This document shows, piece by piece, positions 32,684 through 36,924 of a stretch of DNA of 36,924 nucleotides. Both the position numbers and the translations under genes were made by a program. Within the stretch, counting starts at the first letter, position 1, and each line of letters begins with the position of its first letter. The notes under the pieces were generated by a model, which was not told the DNA's origin, searched no databases, and saw nothing but the letters and a program-made list of their open reading frames with translations. Source of the DNA: a virus (lineage: Duplodnaviria; Caudoviricetes); IMG/VR virus record IMGVR_UViG_3300043416_000086, positions 1-36,924 of that record, one strand, 5' to 3'.

Positions 32684-34313
32684 TAGTTGGTGACAACAGT
32701 ATTTCAGCGTTGGTAATTGCAATCTTTACTGGATCGGTACCTGATACTTCATATACACGATCACGTAACTTTTGTGTCATGCCAAGCCGACGCCAAAATG
32801 TACGAAAGCCATACTGCCCAATTTTGCCCATTGACGACCAATGTTCGTTTGACCAAGTATGACCAGCATCGTCTGACCAACGCAACATGGCTTGAGGATT
32901 ATACCCAGGCGAGGCAGGATAGCCAATAGTCTCTAAAATATACCCGTTAATATCATCAGAACTTGTATTAGTGCCTAAAAGTTCAAACCCATCATTGGAT
33001 TCAGTAGTTAATTCAAGTCCAGCTTGTGTAACTAAATTAGTTTGCACATACTCAGCAATAATTTCTTTGCCATCTTCTGTTGCTATATCTTCAGATTCAT
33101 ACGCGGGGTATAGTTCTAACCCAACGCCTGTTTCAGCGTTAAGTTGCAAAGTATGTTGTGCTGTACGTTTAAAGTTATTTTGTCCTGGCATTAATGCGCG
33201 CCATGATCGTAACCATTTTTGGGGTTGCCCCTTATCTGCGTAAGTATTTAAGTCAAGTTGATAAATATCACCATTTGCATAATCACCAACAATAATCGTA
33301 CCGCCAAAGTTACATTGGTTATTGCTACGGTGTCTTGTAAAGTTGCCATCAATAAAACCTGCACGTTCATGCCATGCTTGCGTAGCTACGTCATAAACCC
33401 ATGTGGCGTTGCCTGTTGGAAAACTAAGCACATAAAACGCGTGGCCGTCTTGTTGGTATGTATACGCCACCGCATCGGATATATTGCCGTACTGTTGTAT
33501 TTGCCATTCAATTGCATGGGTAGAAACCCGAACACCTGTGTAGCCGTTAGCACGGTAGACTATACCTTGACCACGGGCATCTGTACCTAGCCAAAATAAA
33601 CCGTTATCTAACTTAGCAACTGAAAATGCTGCAACGCAACCAATTTCATTAAAAGCACCTTGAATACGCGTTAAAGGAAAATCGGTTGCACCTGAGTCAT
33701 ACCAAACTTCTACAGAATCTGTACCAAACACCCATAACTCACGGTGATCTGATATAAGAGCAACCACGCCGTCAGGTGAGCCTTCAGCGCTAGCAAAGTC
33801 TAACGGATCAACCGATGTGCCATCTAGTAGCTGGGAAACCCATATCTTTTGACTATTTGGCTCGTTAAACACAAAATAGCCGTCTAAATACGATACGGTT
33901 ACAGCGCCTGCAAAATCAGGATCCGTAATTTTAGCAAATACATTAGTTACTTCGTTATAGATAAAACCGTCAGGATTACACGCTAAAAATATTTGTGTGC
34001 CGTTGTCGGCAATAGATACGGGGCCTGTGCCTGTTACATTACCTAAAAGTATTGGTGTGTTTCCAATACCTGTTAGTTTATAAAACTCTTGCCCCGATAC
34101 TACATAGAAATCTGAACCATTTGTTTGATGCGCCCACAATGCTCGAATAGGGCCAGTACCTACAGTCTGTAAAAACTTTAACCCAGGCGCGCGTTGTAAA
34201 AACCCTGTTTCTTCTCCTTCAGTTACAACTTCAGGGAAAAGGTTAACCATACGGGCATCCGCTGCATTAACGCTACGTGCAACATACGACTGACCTAAAA
34301 TCGGGGTTTTCAT
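32676..34313 (-). CDS. Tail hub / packaged-DNA stabilisation protein, P22 gp10-like
   Basis: Beta-propeller-like. DFASAEGSPD, GH.FYVL.FP....W.YD and LRWSDD.G.TWS motifs. Confidence 0.88.
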   Translation of the reverse strand: MKTPILGQSYVARSVNAADARMVNLFPEVVTEGEETGFLQRAPGLKFLQTVGTGPIRALWAHQTNGSDFYVVSGQEFYKLTGIGNTPILLGNVTGTGPVSIADNGTQIFLACNPDGFIYNEVTNVFAKITDPDFAGAVTVSYLDGYFVFNEPNSQKIWVSQLLDGTSVDPLDFASAEGSPDGVVALISDHRELWVFGTDSVEVWYDSGATDFPLTRIQGAFNEIGCVAAFSVAKLDNGLFWLGTDARGQGIVYRANGYTGVRVSTHAIEWQIQQYGNISDAVAYTYQQDGHAFYVLSFPTGNATWVYDVATQAWHERAGFIDGNFTRHRSNNQCNFGGTIIVGDYANGDIYQLDLNTYADKGQPQKWLRSWRALMPGQNNFKRTAQHTLQLNAETGVGLELYPAYESEDIATEDGKEIIAEYVQTNLVTQAGLELTTESNDGFELLGTNTSSDDINGYILETIGYPASPGYNPQAMLRWSDDAGHTWSNEHWSSMGKIGQYGFRTFWRRLGMTQKLRDRVYEVSGTDPVKIAITNAEILLSPTNA

Positions 34314-34316
34314 TAT

Positions 34317-34958
34317 TTAGGCAGCTACACCTTTAATTACTGCAAAATTAAACACGGGCGTTTCTGTAGTCGTTCCGCCTGTAGTTCTAAAAGTAATATT
34401 AAAACTACCCGCAGCAACAGCAGTAACCATTAAATCATAAAGATCAGTACCTGATTTTTGGTTAAGGATAATTACATCAGTTGCAGCCACGGTGCTGTTT
34501 GTTACCGTAAAAGTTGCTGCGGTACCAGAGCCTGCCGCGCTTACTAACGTAATTGAACCAGTTGTTTTGTTTAGTGTTACGCCTGTAGTTCGGCTAGTTG
34601 CTTGCGTAACTGTACCACCAGCTCCAGTTGCATAGCCTACGCCTGCTGTACCCGCTGAAACAATTGCGCCAGTTGCAGTTAAGCTAGTTAATGTTGGACT
34701 ACCTGTGCAATTAGATATATTGCCCGATGTTGGCGTACCTAATACTGGCGTAACCATTACCATGCTAGTGCTAGTACAAGCAGAAATATTGCCTGAAGCT
34801 ACGGTGCCGAGCGCAGGTGTTATAAGCGTAGGGCTTGTAAACAACGCATTTATAGATAATTGTTTAGTCGTGCTGCTAGCTGCTTGCACAATTGGCAATA
34901 CATCAGCCCCAGCTTGGGAAGTTGCAACGGGTAAAGCTGAAATAGCAATCGTAGCCAT
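34317..34958 (-). CDS. Short fibre-like virion protein (213 aa)
   Basis: N-terminal ISALP...LPIVQ, TP.LGT repeats and GGTVTQATSRTTGVTLNK C-terminal knob. Confidence 0.75.
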   Translation of the reverse strand: MATIAISALPVATSQAGADVLPIVQAASSTTKQLSINALFTSPTLITPALGTVASGNISACTSTSMVMVTPVLGTPTSGNISNCTGSPTLTSLTATGAIVSAGTAGVGYATGAGGTVTQATSRTTGVTLNKTTGSITLVSAAGSGTAATFTVTNSTVAATDVIILNQKSGTDLYDLMVTAVAAGSFNITFRTTGGTTTETPVFNFAVIKGVAA

Positions 34959-34967
34959 GATTTATCC

Positions 34968-35684
34968 TTAATAATTTCCTGCAAATATATTGTAACGCTG
35001 GCGTGTGCCAACGATACTGTACGGTAATGACATAATATCGTCTGGGTTGTTAATACGTTTTAGGTTGCGTTTAGAGGCCATTGCAATTCGTGATACCTGT
35101 GGGCTTGGCTCAACACCAAACTCGGCAGCAAACTCACAAGCCAAGTTATATCTAAAAGCTCTTAAATAGCCTGGTGGAAACAATATATTTGTTGCAAGCG
35201 TAGCTGGTTGTGTTAACTCCTGAACCGAAATAAAATGCCATTGCAACACTTTAGTTGGTTTAGGGTATATGTACATCTCAATGTTAGGGTACGTCATATT
35301 GGTAAATATGACTTGCGGGTAAGTGCTAGTGACTGTTTTAACGGCAATACCATTGTATTGCTGTTGATTAATCATCTTAATACCAAACGAAATACCGTTG
35401 GCAGGATCAATGAAGTAAGTCGAATCGTCTAATAGAACAGGTCGATTACCTACGAAGTCACCTGTAGGCCCTAGCGTTCTACTGAGTACATTAGGTGGCC
35501 AGTTAAATACTTGGTCTTGCGTAGAAAATACCGATAGACGCTCAGTATTCCATGAATCAATCATTTGATTTAAAGCAGCTAAAGCATCTTGCGATGTGGC
35601 GGCAGACGGCGTTTCACCTTCAGCCAATACTCCTAATAGACGTAGCGCCCCATTAATTTGATCGTTGGCGGTATAAATTGCCAT
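34968..35684 (-). CDS. Head-tail adaptor, P22 gp4-like
   Basis: TAND.I..ALR.LGV...GE......DAL..LN.M..SW and Y..A..YNLA..A..FG motifs. Confidence 0.85.
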   Translation of the reverse strand: MAIYTANDQINGALRLLGVLAEGETPSAATSQDALAALNQMIDSWNTERLSVFSTQDQVFNWPPNVLSRTLGPTGDFVGNRPVLLDDSTYFIDPANGISFGIKMINQQQYNGIAVKTVTSTYPQVIFTNMTYPNIEMYIYPKPTKVLQWHFISVQELTQPATLATNILFPPGYLRAFRYNLACEFAAEFGVEPSPQVSRIAMASKRNLKRINNPDDIMSLPYSIVGTRQRYNIFAGNY

Positions 35685-35694
35685 AACTCACCCT

Positions 35695-35877
35695 TTACTC
35701 GATAGTTTTACGACGTCTTTTTACTTCCAACGTATTGACTGGAGCCGCAATCACTTCTTCTTCAGATGGCGTATCGTTAGTATAACGCACCCAGCCATTT
35801 TGTTCATCATATTCTGCTTCTTGTTCCATCGTAGCAACTTTACTACCGTGGTCAGGATGTCTTAGATATATAGTCAT
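35695..35877 (-). CDS. Hypothetical protein (60 aa)
   Basis: In the structural operon, in line with its neighbours, with a basic tail. Confidence 0.7.
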   Translation of the reverse strand: MTIYLRHPDHGSKVATMEQEAEYDEQNGWVRYTNDTPSEEEVIAAPVNTLEVKRRRKTIE

Positions 35878-35880
35878 AAT

Positions 35881-36039
35881 TTATTCGGCTACAGAACTTT
35901 CAGGTTCGTCTATTTTATTAATAAGCATCTTATACGCAGAAATAGTGGCTTGAGCTTGAATCAAGAAGGTTTGCGCCTTCTGTGATTCATTCTCAAGTTC
36001 AAAGATTTCAGACAACAAAAACTCTTTACTAATTTGCAT
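35881..36039 (-). CDS. Small coiled-coil protein (52 aa, not in ORF track), possible fibre chaperone
   Basis: MQISKEFLLSEIFELENESQKAQTFLIQAQATISAYKMLINKIDEPESSVAE*. TAATG coupling. Confidence 0.7.
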   Translation of the reverse strand: MQISKEFLLSEIFELENESQKAQTFLIQAQATISAYKMLINKIDEPESSVAE

Positions 36040-36641
36040 TACACGGCGTCCGAAACCATAATGTAGTACGGTGTGCCGTTGTCAGCCACAATTTTGATAA
36101 CGTGAGTAACAGCAGCTGCTGCTTTGGCACGGAAAATTGTGTTTGACGCTGGCGCTGGCATATTAAGCAACGAACCAACTTTTACGGTGTTGCTATCAGT
36201 TACACGCATAAATGCAGTAACGCCAGGCAGAGTTACGCCAGCAGCAAAATTGGAGTCCAACTGAATGGCTGCCAAAGTACCGCCAGGAGTAGCATCGTTA
36301 CCACCTAAAGTAGCACGGATTGCGTTAGCTGCGCCAGAAATGCTTGCGCTGTTACCGTTAATCTCGCAAGAAATGTGGGCGCCATTGATTGTGCCTGCAG
36401 TAGCCGCATTAGTACCTGTGACTACAGAAAAAGCACGTAAAGTTTCGCCTGAACCTGTAGAGGTAAAGGTTAACTTTTCGTAATTTAAACGGGTATCGCC
36501 AGAAGTAGCTGAAGTAGTAGCATAGCTACCATTTAAAACGCCTGCTGAAGTAATAGAGATAGGATCGTTAGAACTACCAACTTGATACGAATCTAATTGT
36601 GGATCGGCGTATGCAACGCCAATAGGTTTGTTATTTGCCAT
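36039..36641 (-). CDS. Putative capsid-associated fibre / decoration protein (200 aa)
   Basis: AAGGAG RBS, Gly/Ala/Thr/Ser-rich, C-terminal IKI...GT.YYI fibre-tip-like motif. Confidence 0.65.
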   Translation of the reverse strand: MANNKPIGVAYADPQLDSYQVGSSNDPISITSAGVLNGSYATTSATSGDTRLNYEKLTFTSTGSGETLRAFSVVTGTNAATAGTINGAHISCEINGNSASISGAANAIRATLGGNDATPGGTLAAIQLDSNFAAGVTLPGVTAFMRVTDSNTVKVGSLLNMPAPASNTIFRAKAAAAVTHVIKIVADNGTPYYIMVSDAV

Positions 36642-36924
36642 GATTAAAACTCCTTTATTATTTCCAAAAAAAGTTAATCCCGCCCCAAGGGGCGGGTATT
36701 ACATTAACCAGCTACGCGATAAAATACATATGTTGCATCGGCAGTCTTACGAACACGCCAAGTACAAGATGTAACCGCAAGAACTGCTGCAACGCCAACC
36801 AAAGTACAACCTGTGTTAGCAGTTAGAGTTGCGGTGTCGGTTGAGTCTAAATTAATAATATTAAACTCAAAAGAACTGTTAACTTTCATACTCGGAAATG
36901 CTGTATCTAATGCGGTTCCAAGAG
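36625..36924. repeat. Terminal direct repeat, right copy (includes the 3' part of the 131-aa gene)
   Basis: Matches 1-300 at 295 of 300 positions. Confidence 0.97.

Noticed and set aside
36704-36889. Second copy or DGR template of the 131-aa gene
   Set aside because: Part of the end overlap. Differences are synonymous transitions, not adenine-specific, and no reverse transcriptase is present.
1-36924. Host assignment (e.g. a freshwater betaproteobacterium) and tRNA or integrase genes
   Set aside because: Gene content suggests a Gram-negative host but nothing in the sequence fixes it. No tRNA cloverleaf or recombinase motifs were recognised by eye.

Overview
The window is an apparently complete, circularly assembled tailed-phage genome. 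Bases 36625-36924 repeat bases 1-300 with 5 substitutions, giving a unit length of about 36,624 bp. The virion module is P22-like podovirus and lies on the minus strand: small and large terminase, portal, scaffold, coat, gp4-like adaptor, gp10-like hub, needle/fibre, three ejection proteins, several fibres and a beta-helix tailspike. Lysis genes (GH108 endolysin, 3-TM holin, small membrane proteins) follow. The replication module has a family A DNA polymerase (Leu762 type), a RepB-primase/SF3-helicase fusion, a putative SSB, a DUF2800/Cas4-like nuclease, VRR-NUC, a short C5-methyltransferase-like protein and a SNF2 helicase. No integrase, repressor, tRNA, CRISPR array or reverse transcriptase was recognised. 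Two things stand out. First, a candidate modular fibre-docking code: acidic hxTExG..h..E peptides occur next to fibres with a shared ISALP...LPIVQ N-terminus at two separate loci. Second, a ~3 kb GGCC-rich early island of cassette-like small genes is bracketed by two complex non-coding blocks. The left block is a DnaA-box-like 9-mer array around an AT-rich core. The right block has a 20-unit CT(A/G)GAG array, phased T-tracts and 25-bp-period iterons. All family assignments come from motif recognition by eye, not from database searches.
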